Assembly: GCA_964016885.1 (NCBI GenBank)
Contig: OZ024754.1
Coordinates: 34,472,001 to 34,536,000 of the forward strand
DNA from: Eledone cirrhosa
Taxonomy: Eukaryota
DNA: 64,000 nucleotides
Direction: 5' to 3'
Under the pieces are notes generated by a model. That model was not told the origin of the DNA and did no database searches. It saw nothing but the letters and a program-made list of their open reading frames with translations. Both the position numbers and the translations under genes were made by a program. Of the stretch, positions 25,336 to 38,769 are shown piece after piece (position 1 is the stretch's first letter; each line of letters opens with the position of its first letter).

Positions 25336-26424
25336 CCACACTGTAAATGTGGTTGGTGTTAGGAAGGGCATCCAACTGTAGAAAACCTGCCAGACAGTCC
25401 TATGCGAGCAAGACAATCACTCTTGCCTCAAGTGGGACTACCCCCGTCCAAACCCATGCAAGCATGGAACACGGACGTTAAACGTTGATGATGATGATGA
25501 TGATGATGATGATATATATATATATATATTTTTATGTATATATTCATGCATGTGTCTATATAGATGTGAGTTGCTATTTCTTATGATATGTATGTATGTA
25601 TGTGTGTGTGTGTGTATATATTCATGTATGGTATGTCTTTATATATATATATGTATGCGTGGCAGCGATAATGAGGGACAGAGACCGCTGGAGAGAACTC
25701 GTCCATGGATCTCGGGAATTTTACCCGCCTTAGAGATATAGATGTATGTATGTATGTGTGTATGTGTGTATGTGTGTGTGTGTTGCTCCAATCTGTTTAA
25801 TCTATAAATAAAACTGAAATAATGGTCCTTATTCACGTATCTAGACTGACATACTGCCATTCACCTTTCGTGACTATATATATATATTTATAAACATACA
25901 CATACACGTGTGTGTGTGTATATATATAAATATATGTGTGTGAGTGTTTGCATGTGTGCAAATGTATGTGTGTGTGTGTGTGTGTGTGTCATCATGAATT
26001 GTAGTCTATTTAATGTCAAAACTTTGAAAGAATGAACTTTTTTATGTTAGAGAAAGAAAGGAGTGCAAGAGATGTTGGCTATATATATATACCATCATCA
26101 TCATCATCATTATTTTACATCCATTTTTTCCACACTAGTAGTGTGTGTTTTTGCACACGTGTATATATATGTGTGTATATATATGTGTGTGTGTGTGTGT
26201 ATATATGTGTATATGTATGTATGTACATACACACACATATATATACACACATATATATACACATATATATATACACACATATATATATACACACATATAT
26301 ATATACACATATATGTGTATATATATATGTATGTATATATATATGTATGTGTATATATATGTATGTATATATATATATGTATGTATGTATGTATGTATAT
26401 ATACATACATACATACATACATAT

Positions 26425-27214
26425 ATGGTGGCTGCCAACTCGTTTTCGAGTACGGCCACTACTTTATATCCATGTAGGAGAACCCCTACCGATGCGCTGA
26501 ACGAGTGTGACTTTTTAGTCCAGCCAGCGACTTGAAAACTCTGGTACAAACACTACACTTGTGACAACTATTGACACATAGTGCTGGGCCCATGGTACCA
26601 TGTGACGACAAGTGCAGAGAGATCTCCAGATATAAAGCAATGCCTGTGCCGTGAAGCTTTTATAGTGAGCAAAGGCACTGCACAGAGCCAGTCCCACTCT
26701 CTTAACCAAGATGATATTTACCAAAAAGAAGAACAAGTCAACATCATTGGATACCATCAGGGTTGCAGGTGTTATATCAGAGTTTTCCTTCTCCTAGAAT
26801 TCTGCCTTGACAAAGGCTAAGGGGTCATCTCTCCCGGTGATTTTGGATGGCCATTGACTCTTATACATGTATATATATACATACATACAGAGGAGACTGA
26901 AGTTGGCTGGACATGCTCACCGACATCCAGAGTTGACATTGCACTCAGTGCTCCTGTGGGAGCCCTACATGGACACACTGGAAGCGGAAGACCAAGGTTA
27001 GCATATGTTGATGCCCTAAGGAAGACACTGGTCTGTTGGAGACGCAGGACATGGAAGTGATAATGAGGGACAGAGACCGTTGGAGAGAACTCGTCCATGG
27101 ATCTCGGGAATTTTACCCACCCTAGATGTATATATGTATGTAAGTATATATATATATATGTATGTATATATATATATGTATATGTATATATATATATGTA
27201 CATGTATATATATG

Positions 27215-27269
<55 letters not shown>

Positions 27270-27871
27270 GTATATATATATGTATATATATATGTATGTA
27301 TATATGTATGTATATATGTATGTATGTACGTATGTATGTATATATGTATGTATATATGTATGTATATATATATGTATGTATATATGTATGTATATGTATA
27401 TATATGTATATATCAAAGGGCAAAGGAGCTCTTTAGAGTCAATGGCCATCCAAAATCACTGGGAGAGATGACCCCTTAGCCTTTGTCAAGGCAGAATTCT
27501 AGGAGAAGGAAAACTCTGATATAACACCTGCAACCCTGATGGTATCCAATGATGTTGACTTGTTCTTCTTTTTGGTAAATATTATCTTGGTTAAGAGAGT
27601 GGGACTGGCTTTGTGCAGTGCCTTTGCTCACTATAAAAGCTTCATGGCACAGGCATTGCTTTATATCTGGAGATCTCTCTGCACTTGTCGTCACATGGTA
27701 CCATGGGCCCAGCACTATGTGTCAATAATTGTCACAGGTGTAGTGTTTGTACCAGAGTTTTCAAGTCGCTGGCTGGACTAAAAAGTCACACTCGTTCAGC
27801 GCATTGGTAGGGGTTCTCCTACATGGATATAAAGTAGTGGCCGTACTCGAAAACGAGTTGGCAGCCACCAT
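26425..27871. repeat. 437-bp inverted repeat of a LINE-like 3' end encoding a C2H2 finger
   Basis: Arms 26425-26861 and 27435-27871 differ by only a handful of substitutions. 27730-27810 reads CHRCSVCTRVFKSLAGLKSHTRSAHW*. Confidence 0.85.
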
Positions 27872-28879
27872 GTATACATATATGTATGTATATATATATA
27901 GAGGGGGAGATTTGCTATCTAGTTAACCTGTTTAGTTTTTCCTTACCTGCCTGACTTATCTTTGGAGTGGTGATGTTGGTAAGTGTGTGTGTATATATAT
28001 ATATATGTGTGTGTGTGGTTCTTATCAAGTAGATCCCCCACCACACTCCCAAAAATACAAACTCACCATTAGAACCAGTGGCAGATCCACTAAATATTTT
28101 TGTCTGTAGTTATTGTCATTGTTGCTGTTGTAGTAGCTGTCCTGTTGGTGGTGGGGTGCTAAAAGAGGTCTGTGCCATAATACAATAGGTTCAATTCACA
28201 GTTGAACAATTTCATTTTATTTCACTCCCTAATTCTTTATCATTTACATTACTCTATATATACTATTGTATTTTTGTGGTAAAAGCTTTATCTCACATTA
28301 TCTCACATAATATCAAATCTATGAGACTTTGATATTATTTATTTTGAGAACAATACCTTAACATCAGTATGAGTGGCCAATTACAGCCGGTTTGAACAGA
28401 AGGAGGTGAGAGAATTCTGGCCGGATATGGCTGGTTTAAATGCTAAAGGATTAAGTCTTTAAGTAGTTAAGGGCCGACACATTTGCATGAAGGGGGGGGG
28501 GGTTCTTCTCTGAAGACCTTTGGCTGTCCAGCTCTCCTGAGAGTTTCTTACCACTTTCCCTGCAATTTACTTTTATTTAAAACCCTTTCATTGCCCATGT
28601 TTCTAATGAAAGATGCTACCTGTTATTCAAACAATTTTGAAAATAATAAAAAATTTGGCGGGATTTAGTAATATAACTAACCCTCTCATTCTTCAGCTGG
28701 GGTTTAGAACATAAATGTTCTTACAGGAAATTGTGATGGAAGATATTTTTTCATAAAAATAAACACTATACTTTGTGCTTTTCATCTTTGATTCATTTTA
28801 TTTCTTTTGGTGTCTGTCCCTGTGTTTGTTTCAACACAAGTACCAAGCTTGAAAAAAATAAATACTGGAGTTGATATAG

Positions 28880-30681
28880 TAATAATAATAATAATGAAAT
28901 TATTGTGTAAAGTGCTCAGGTGCACTACAACTCGTCAAAGGTGTATGTATAGTACATAGAATAATACACAAATATCAGGGAAGTACATGTGTGTATGTGT
29001 TAGCTGTAGTGTTGGCGGATCTCGGGAAGCATGGAGGCCTTAAAGGATGCAGTGTCTCGACAGCTAACAACTGATGCAGGTAGTTTGTTCCATGCTTCAG
29101 CAACTCTGAGCGTGACAAAATGTTTCCGAAAGTCATGGGAACTGTGCTGTTTTCTTACTTTGTGGGCGTGTCCACGTGTGTTAGACACATGGAAATCAAA
29201 AAGGTACTCAGGGTTGTTGTTGGCAACATGGTTAACAATTTTGTGGGTGTTTACCAAGTCAGTTGCCAGGCGTCGGAGCTTCAATGAATCCATGCCCAGG
29301 GAAGCAAGTCGCCCAGGGTATGGTAGATGCCTGATGGAGGGTATTCGCTTGGTTGCACGTCTCTGAACAGTTTCCAGGCGGTCAATGTCCTGAGCAAGAT
29401 AGGGGTTCCAGACTGGTGATGCAAATTCTAAGTGTGGTCGCACCATAGCCATGTACAGCCTTAAATAGATATCTGGAGAGCGGCTGACAAAGGTCTTGCT
29501 GAGTGATGCTAAGACACCCTCGGCCCTCTTGACACCCTTTAGAGACGTGCTTCGTCCAACGCAAATCGCTGCTGACCATAATGCCCAGGTCACGTTCACA
29601 AGAAGACTTCTTGATATTAGTGCTGTGGAGGGAGTATGTGGATGCTGGGTTTTTACTCCCAAAATGCATGGTGGTGCACTTGTCCACAGCTAGCTTGAGT
29701 TGCCAGTCTGAGATCCATTGTTGCATTGTGTCCAGGTCAGACTGCAAGCAAGATCTATAGTGTTCAGGATCTGTCCTTTTTATCTCAAGGTACAGCTTGA
29801 TGTCGTCTGCGTACTTTAGTACTGTGGCATTCTTTAAGTTGGCATCTATGTCATTAATATATGCCACAAACAAAAGGGGGCCAAGAACAGATCCCTGTGG
29901 TACACCAGATGACATCTCATATGGTGAGGAATGCTGTCCCAGAACCGTGACTACCTCTCTTCGACTGAGAATAAAGGACTTCAACCAGTTAAAAAGATCA
30001 TCCTTCACACGCATTGCAGAGAGTTTTACCATAAGCCTTTTGTGTGGCACAGAATTGAAGGCTTTCGCAAAGTCAAGGTAAACAACATCCACCCATGAGC
30101 CGCCATCAGTGATCCGGGTGATGTCCTCAAGAAACTCAATAAGTTGATCACAGCAGCTGGAGTTGGGGATAAATCCAAATTGCGAGGGCCGGATAAGACT
30201 GTGAGAGCTCCAGAAGTTCCAAAGTGTTTCTCTGACACAGGATTCCATCAGTTTGGCGATGCAACTAGTAAGACTGACTGGACGATAGTTCACAGGTGAT
30301 GTGCGGTCACCCTTTTTGAACAGAGGAATGACACTGGCAGTTTTCCACTGTTCTGGAGTAGCACTGTTGTTCAGACAGAATTGGAAGAAGCGTGATAACT
30401 GGTGCAGAAGGAAGTACCCACCACGTTTTAGAAGCAGGTACGTAACACCATTAAGACCAGGAGAGGCATGGTTGCGTTTATTTTTTAGGTGACGTTGCAG
30501 CATTGCAGGTGTAAATTCCATGGTTGTAATAGAGTCCGGTGTCATAGGTGGTGGAGATGGTACACTTTGGTCTTCAATAGTGAAAATGCCTGCATAGCAT
30601 TCAGCAATGAGCCCTGCGCATTCCTTGGGGTCGTCAGTATGATTGACTAAATGAAGATGGTGGCCCATCATGGCTGCAGTC
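28880..30681 (-). mobile_element. 5'-truncated CR1-group LINE, RT domain with one frameshift
   Basis: ORFs 29382-30671 and 29000-29662: NYRPVSLTS, QFGF, YLDFAKAF, SGVPQGSVLGPLLF, KYADD, VRPHLEFASPVWNPY, WNKLP; (ATT)n tail. Confidence 0.93.
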
Positions 30682-31029
30682 TAATAACTGAACCCAGTAA
30701 AACATTAAATACACTAACCTAGATACTTAACTCACACCCACCAGGTAAACTATCATACTTTACATTTAACCAACACTTATTTTGAATGTGCTATTGTCTT
30801 GTCAGAAAATTAGCTCGTAGAAATTAGAAGCTTTAAACCTGACATGACCAAATGTTAAGACATTTTACTTCATAACCCTAACATACTGGTTTCTCTCTTA
30901 TGATATGGAATCATGAGCAAGTGTCATTTTTTCGTAGCCTTGGCTTGACCCAAGCCTTGTGAGTGAAATTGGAATTTGGGTAGACAGAAATTGTCTGGAA
31001 GTTCATTGGTTAAACCATACCTGAAATTC

Positions 31030-31645
31030 AAAAGGCCAGTCTTGTCACACACTATGACATAAAAGGCCAGTCTTGTCACGCACTATGACATAAATGGCCA
31101 GTCTTGTCACACACTAGGACATAAATGGCCAGTTTTGTCACACACTATGACATAAATGGCCAGTCTTGTCACACACTATGACATAAATGGCCAGTCTTGT
31201 CACACACTATGACATAAATGGCCAGTCTTGTCACACACTATGACATAAATGGCCAGTCTTGTCACACACTATGACATAAATGGCCAGTCTTGTCACACAC
31301 TAGGACATAAATGGCCAGTCTTGTCACACACTAGGACATAAATGGCCAGTTTTGTCACACACTATGACATAAATGGCCAGTCTTGTCACACACTATGACA
31401 TAAATGGCCAGTCTTGTCACACACTAGGACATAAATGGCCAGTCTTGTCACACACTAGGACATAAATGGCCAGTTTTGTCACACACTATGACATAAATGG
31501 CCAGTCTTGTCACACACTATGACATAAATGGCCAGTCTTGTCACACACTAGGACATAAATGGCCAGTCTTGTCACACACTATGACATAAATGGCCAGTCT
31601 TGTCACACACACTATGTCATAAAAGGCCAGTCTTCTCACACACTG
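31030..31645 (+). repeat. 31-bp minisatellite (~19 units), imperfectly palindromic unit
   Basis: Unit GACATAAATGGCCAGTCTTGTCACACACTA(T/G). Confidence 0.95.
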
Positions 31646-31718
31646 TTATATTAAATTCAAAAGGCTACAACTTCAATTTATACCTATTATTATTAATATA
31701 TATTCATGCTGTGTTGTA

Positions 31719-34190
31719 ATGAAAAGGAGAAATGTAGTAAAAGTGGATGGTGTAGTGCAGTTGCATGTAGTTGAGTGGATGTAGCGATGGAAGGAATTGG
31801 CTTGTGTTTGTTGTCGTTCATTTGAGCGTGCCAGAGGTTGTAGTACTAAAGTTGTTGACTTGCTGGGTGATTATGCATCAGGTAAAGATTATCCCATTTA
31901 TAAGTTCTGTGAAGAAAATGCTGAGGAATGAACAAATAAAACATGGTTGCTACATAAAGAAGTTTTATTAAGAAAATAGCTTACTTCGAAGCTATTGTCT
32001 ATAAGACAGGTAAACAACAAAGAACTGAGTGAATTGTGTGAATGTAGTAATAATCTGCCCAGATGCATGAACTAATCTTTTATCGAAGTAGTCTAACCCT
32101 GTCAACTGGGTTGGAGTGTTTGGTTAAACTCTACATCTCTCTACTGCTTCAGCAACTCAAAATATATCCTCATTTTCTGAGAAACCAGAGTGGAATGACT
32201 TAGAGAAAAACTTATTTCATTTAATCTCAAGTTTGCCAGTCTCTTCAGACCACTGGCGCCATCATCATCATCAACATCGTTTAACGTCCATCTTCCACGC
32301 TTGCATGGGTTTGGACGGGAGTTTTCCCACTTGAGGCAAGAGTGGTTGTCTTGCTCGCATAGGACTGTCTGGCGCGTTTTCTACGGCTGGATGCCCTTCC
32401 TAACACCAACCACGTTTACAGTGTGGACTGGGAGGTTTTTACCATGTTACCTACACGGCCACATTACAGCGTGGACTGTCTGGCGGGTTTTCTACAGCTG
32501 GATGCCCTTCCTAACACCAACCACATTTACAGTGTGGGACTGGGAGGTTTTTACCGTGTTGCCTACACGGCCACATTACAGTGTGGACTGTGTGTTTTTT
32601 TGTCGTGACACCTACACGACCTCATTTGTTTCGGACTGGATGTTGTGGTACTAACATAACTTTACATTGAAAGAGGTGGTGTGGATGGAGTGGAGGTAGT
32701 GGGACGGGGGTGTATTTTTGTTAGAGGTGCCTACTGACTGTAGTAGGTTTCACTTTGTACTTAGGTAAGGCGGGTCTTCTGTATTACTGTGTAGCGCCAA
32801 AGATCTCGGTCCAGTGACATTGTCTTGGAGAGGTGTAAGTGTGTGAGGTCGAAATTTATCAAGTCGTCCCAGGTTTTTCTGGGTCTGCCTACTCCGTGGC
32901 TGCCGTCTATTTTTATTGCCCTGCACTTTTTTATACAGCTGTCGTCTTTCATGCGCATCACGTGACCATACCAACGTAGTCTTCTCTCGAGTAAACAACA
33001 TCTGATCCCTCTTATTTCTAATTTTTCCCTTAGTTCGTTTATGCTTTGCCGTTCACGTATATTACTATTACACATCCAGCGGAGCATGTAAGCTTCGTTC
33101 CTCTCCAGTCTGCGTGTATCCTCTACACACAATACCCAGGTCTCACTGCCATGTAACATTGCTGTTCGTATGCAGGCATCATACAGCCTGCCTTTCATTT
33201 TTAGAGAGAACCCTTTAGCGGCTAATAGTGGTATAAGCTCTCTGAACTTTTTCCATCCAGTTCTGACTCTAGCTACTGTACTTTCAGAGCACCCTCTACC
33301 ACTGCTGATTTTGTCACCCAAGTAACGGAAGGTGTCCACTATTTCTATAGAACCATCTGTGCAATGGAATGAGCTAGTATTCTGTGGGCACTTGCTGCTA
33401 CTTATTGCACCAGAGCACCGGCCACATATACAATCTATGTTCTTAGTTAGCTTACCTGTGATCCCACTACATCTTTTATGCACCCATACTTTGCATTTGG
33501 GACATAAAATGGAATTTCTACCTACTCCTTTCCTACACACTGAATATGGCCATTTCCCGGATGGGACCGGTGCCCTATTTTCCTTCCTACAAACTAGCAC
33601 TTTAGTCTTAGACAGGTTAATTTTAAGGCCTTTTGATTCTAGGCCAATCCGAAATAAAGAGAAACAGCTCTGCCGTGTCATTTGGAGGTCAAGTTTTTGG
33701 TGGCCACTTAATAGACTGAATGAAACCCTATTGCATAGAGTATCAAATTACTGCTGCAGTGTTGCCATATATTATACACTCAGTATATATATATATACTT
33801 ATATAACTATTAATCAGTGCTGTCCGCAGATGTCAATATGAAAGTGTTAAAGTGTAAACTTGATATCAACACAATTTACATATAGAGGAGATATCTGGAG
33901 AAAGCTATTACATAATGCACGTTATCAGCTATCAACTGAAGAATAGATTAACTTACTTGCAATCTGGATTTACAAAGAATATTTATATTTAATAGGTTTT
34001 TGCAATATACCGCTAGCAGCTATAGACTTGAAAGGGTTAACTTATGAATATTATGGACAATATGACTCCACTAGCAGCTGTAAAGAGGAAAATGTTGAGT
34101 TTTTGCAGTATGAAAGCTTCATTAATTCCAACATTTTGCTGGAAATATTGTCATACGAAACAGGAGGAATTATTATTATTTCACCCAACA
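31719..34190 (+). pseudogene. Unidentified decayed coding sequence split by an RTE insertion
   Basis: Protein-like frames with scattered stops on both sides of the RTE. Joining at GCCA restores ...SSDHWR|QSEIKRNSSAVSFGG. Confidence 0.35.
32261..33642 (-). mobile_element. 5'-truncated RTE-clade LINE
   Basis: ORF 32761-33681 C-terminal region (GLKINLSKTK, FRYLG, MLHGSETW, RRLRWYGHVMR, GRPRKTW); (TGA)n tail. Confidence 0.92.
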
Positions 34191-34764
34191 AATCAATCAA
34201 TCTCTCTCTGTCTCTCTTTATATATGTATATATATATTAGTGAAGGCATGTGGCTGAGTGGTTAGGGAATTGGATTCGCAATCGTAAGGTTGTGAGTTTG
34301 ATTCCTGGACCAGGTGATGCGTTATGTCCTTGAGCAAGACACTTTATTTCACGTTGCTCCTTCTACCTGGAGTTGCGACCGATAGGTAGTATTAGCAATT
34401 GGAAAGACCAACGGAAACATTGTTCCCTCGGTCCGATTTGACGAAAGTCGATCGTTCCTATATATATATATATTGCTGGGTTTCGACATCCGGAGGCTGG
34501 TCTATCGTGTAGGTGTCATGACAAAAAGTTCCCAGCACACACTGTAAATGTGGTTGGCATTTAGGAAGAGCATCCAGCCATAGAAAACCAACCAGATACT
34601 CTCCTATATTAGCGAGATCCAGTCACCTGACCCAACTTGCCTCGAATTAGCACAAACCCTTCGAACCCATGCTAACTTGGAAGATAGACGTTAATTGACA
34701 ATGATGATGATTGTTCAAGGAAACAACAAACAGAGGTACAAAGTCTTATATATATATATATATA

Positions 34765-35213
34765 ACGAAGGAAATGTGGTAAGGCACCAGGTGGACCATA
34801 ACGCACCAAAGTACTCAATACTTAGGGTAGTAGAGTGGGTAATAGGAACGAGTAGGACCCCGACGGCTGAGCTCAAGCCATTTCGACGGCTAATTTTGGA
34901 CTAAATGAAAATTTTTATCCTGGTATATGAATAGCCGAGCTTCTCAGGGGGTAATTCCATATATGGTAAAAGTGATTGTCACCTCTTTCTTCTACTGGCA
35001 GGTTCAGCTACCCCTTCCTTCCACAAATTGCCATGATAGAATTATGTGTCTCAACAACAGACTTTTGACCAATCCTTGTGACAATCACTTTTACCATATA
35101 TGGAATTACCCTCTGAGAAGCTCGGCTATTCATATACCAGGATAAAAATTTTCATTTAGTCCAGAATTAGCCGTCGAAACGGCTTGAGCTCAGCTGTCGG
35201 GGTCCTACTCATT

Positions 35214-35218
<5 letters not shown>
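34765..35218. mobile_element. Palindromic double-hammerhead element, family B
   Basis: 141-bp inverted arms at 34842-34982 and 35078-35218; flanked by (TA)n on both sides. Confidence 0.75.
35108..35203 (+). ncRNA. Type I hammerhead-like motif with full stem III, GUC site and variant core CUGAGAA
   Basis: ACCCT-CTGAGAA-G..CGGCTATTC[long loop]GAATTAGCCG.C-GAAA-CGGCT-TGAGCTC-AGCTG-TC^GGGGT. Inverted copy on - at 34857-34952. Confidence 0.65.
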
Positions 35219-35280
<62 letters not shown>

Positions 35281-35469
35281 AAAAAGTAAATGGAAACAAC
35301 AAAGCAATGTAACACTTGACATAGTTAGAAAAGTGTGTTAACATTTCACACACTAATCCTTCATCAGAACATAGAATGAGAAATAAAAGTTGTACTATTG
35401 ATACAGCTGAATAAGCTAAGGCTAGATGATCTGCTGTGACTTGGAGCATGTCAATATTTTTCTGTTGTA

Positions 35470-35700
35470 GAGGGATGAAAGAAAGGCTCTGAAATCCTAA
35501 GAGCCCAGCCATAGATTAATGTAGTGGGATCAAAGAAAGGGCTGTGAACGCCTAAGATCCCAGCATGGATTAACATAGTGGGATGAAAGAAAAGGCTCTG
35601 AAAGCCTGGGGGCCAAAGAGCCCAACCCTGTGTTTATGTAGTGGGATGAAAGAGAAGGCTCTGAAATATCTGAAAGCCTAAGGGTCAGCCATGGGTTAAT
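35470..35700 (+). repeat. Degenerate ~55-65-bp tandem repeat (4 units)
   Basis: TAGTGGGATGAAAGAAAGGCTCTGAAA...CCCAGCCAT repeated. Confidence 0.75.
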
Positions 35701-36309
35701 ACAACCCTTATTAAGGATGTATCATAGAAATATTAAGTCAATCACAGTCCTTTTTTGTGTTTTTTAATTGCTTAGTCATACTGAATTTCCTTAAGGATTA
35801 TGTTAAAGGTACACATTCCTGTGGACATTAACTCCGTGAGTTGGCTGCTCAGTTGATCAAACAACTGGAACATTCATTGTTGAAACCAATAGAGGTCTAT
35901 TAAAGTTTAGTACTCTAGGAGCCATGACATACCTGTTTTTTTCTTTTTTCTTTTTTGTTTGGTAAATCCTAATGTCCAGTTAAAATGGATTAGTTGGTGA
36001 CTCATGTCAACTTTTGCCATAATTCTTCCATACAACTGTCAGTGAGTCAATCATCACCATAGCTCTGACTTTCTCCGTGCTTTCTTGAATAGTTGCCAAA
36101 ACAGAACTTCCTATTTATGGTCCATCTTCAACTCTTCCTTGTCTTTTTGCCAATAAAAACTTCAGTCTGCCATAAAACTCACCCCAATGCCCTCTCTCAC
36201 TTTAACATTTTTTTCCATGTTCTACAGATTCATTTTGTATTTTATGTAATTTTACACAAAATTTCATTGTGAAAAATTGTTTGTTATTTTGTTTATGATT
36301 TCAAAGGAG

Positions 36310-37150
36310 GGTGAGAGCGAGCGAGAGAGATAGATCTGGTATGACAAGGGCAAACTGTTTGAATGAGGAAGTGGGAGAAATTATTGTAGAGTTGGGCGGA
36401 ATTAAGGAAAAGGGAAACAGATATATACAGAGATTGTTGAATATGGAGAATGAATGGGATGGCAACATAAAGAGCAATCCAATTCTCAGATCAACTATGG
36501 AGATAACTGAAGAACCATTGAGAAAGATGATAGTGGAAGAGCAGGAGAGCTAATAGTGGGATGTTTGGATGTGAAAAGGATGACAGATTTGTAGGTTGAA
36601 GCTGAAAGAAAACTGCATTCCAGTGAATTGGAAGTTGAGTACTTTCATCCCTCTGTACTGTGATTCTTGAGAATATGGTTTATATAAAGCAATTAAGTTA
36701 TTAGACCATTGAATGAAGGTATTGGAAAGAGTGTTAGAGAATAGGAAAAAGTGAAGATTGATGAAATGCAGTTTGGATTTGTGCCGGGAAGATGCCATTT
36801 TTATTGTGAATGAATATTTTTATGGTGAGGATAATATATGTGAAAGTTTGTACAGTTGTAAGGCCAAAGGATGAAAATAGCAATAGGCAGGTTTGAAGTG
36901 AAGGTTAGAGTACAATCAGAGATGAGGATTAAGCCCACTATTATTTGTAGTTGTGATAGAAGTACTAACCTAAAGTATAAAGATGGTTTACAATGGAAAT
37001 TGTTATTCACAGATGACCTGGTGTTAACAGCAATGAGTATGGAGCAACTAAAGAAGATGAATAGGTGGAAGGAATATATGGAGGCAAAAGGTATTAAGGT
37101 GAATATTGGAAAGATCAACTTTGTCCTTAATGTAAATGGAAGACAAAGAA
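36310..37150 (+). mobile_element. Highly decayed RTE RT remnant
   Basis: Remnants IKLLDH.MKVLERVLE, IDEMQFGFVPG, WKLLFTDDLVL, MEAKGIKVN. Confidence 0.7.
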
Positions 37151-38769
37151 TAGACAACAAATTATCAAATTATTAGTATATTTTATCCTTTGATTAATGG
37201 CAGTGTGTTGTGTTCAGGACCAAGACACAGAAGTTATGAAAAGTTCAATTCCTTGTTAAAAAGAAGAATCAGCTTTTGTAAACAAAGGCAGTACAATTAC
37301 CTCTTTAGCATTTACATTACTCTATATTTACTATTGTATTTTCACAGTAAAGGCTTTATCTTACATAATTATCTCACATAATATCGAATCTACGAGATTT
37401 TGATGTTATTTATATTGAGAAGAATACCTTAATGTAGGTATGAGCAGCCAGTTACAGCCAGTTTGAACAGAAGGAGGTGAGAGCGTTCTGGCCGGATACA
37501 GCCGGTTTAAACTGCTGAGTGTTTAATTGGTTTGCAGTGTTCAGTTCTTATTTTCTCTTTCCATTGTCATTTCCTTTGTGAGGTTCAGCATCCTCAGATC
37601 TGCTTTTACCACTTTGTCTATGTTTTCCTCTACAACATCTTCCTTCGTCTTAAAATCCTGACACTTCATTACCTAATTGTCATTATCCATATGTATCACA
37701 AGTCCATACCATCACAATCCTCTCTCTTGCTCTCTACATCAGTTCTTTTTAACTGTAGTTTTTCTACTAATTTATTTGTTTCGTTGATTATGCACACTAA
37801 CATTACACATCTAACTGAGCATGCATGCTTAATTTGTTTTCATTCAATGTCCATATCTCATTTTGTACACATCTATCATACAATCTACCCTTCATTAGAG
37901 ATATACCAACACAAGCATCATACAATCTACCCTTCATTCAGAGATATACTGACAAATAAAAATAAAATGAAAGTCTTGAGTCATGTCCAAATGATCCAAT
38001 GCATTAGAGAATTTAGAATATATTTTATATTTTCAATAATTGCTTCTACTTTTGGCACAAGGCCAGCAATTACCCAGTACATTACTGGTACTTTATTTTA
38101 TCGACCTCTGTATGGATGAAAGGCAAAGTTAACCTCGGCGGGATTTGAACTCAGATCGTAAAGGGACGTAACTATGCTGGAAAGCATATCCGACCCTCTA
38201 CCGATACTATTTTATATTTTCAATAATGTTAGTCTGAAAATAACATCAAAATAATCAAGTGCTTGTGCCATAATAAAATGCACTCATTACGTTTTATCAT
38301 TCTTTAAAGTGTTAGTGATGTTGTCATGACAAAATGTACCTAGTACACTCTGTAAATAATTAGTGTAAGGTGGTGAATGTTAGGAAGGGTATTCAGCCAT
38401 AGAAACCATGCCAGATATGAAACATATGAGCACAATGAGGTGTTCCTGAGCCATCTAATCTCAGACTGTGACAACACAGCCAACCCAAGCCAGCATGGAA
38501 AGTAGATGTAAAATGATGACAATGATGATGATGAAACCAAATAGAATGTACTAATACCATGATTGCACTGAAAGTGATCTAACAAGAATTCCTTCGGAGA
38601 AATGAAATAGAGGATGTGACTTTAGTTCTTGAGTACAATCCAGAAATAAAATAACAATGCCAAGAATAACAGACAGCTTTTGGTTCCACCATATTCCTTA
38701 AACATTAAACATTAAAGAATTCTCTGAAAAGACACCAATGGCATCATATATATGTATAAATGTGTGTGT

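Noticed and set aside
31030-31645. CRISPR array (31-bp palindromic repeat)
   Set aside because: No spacers; simple tandem minisatellite.
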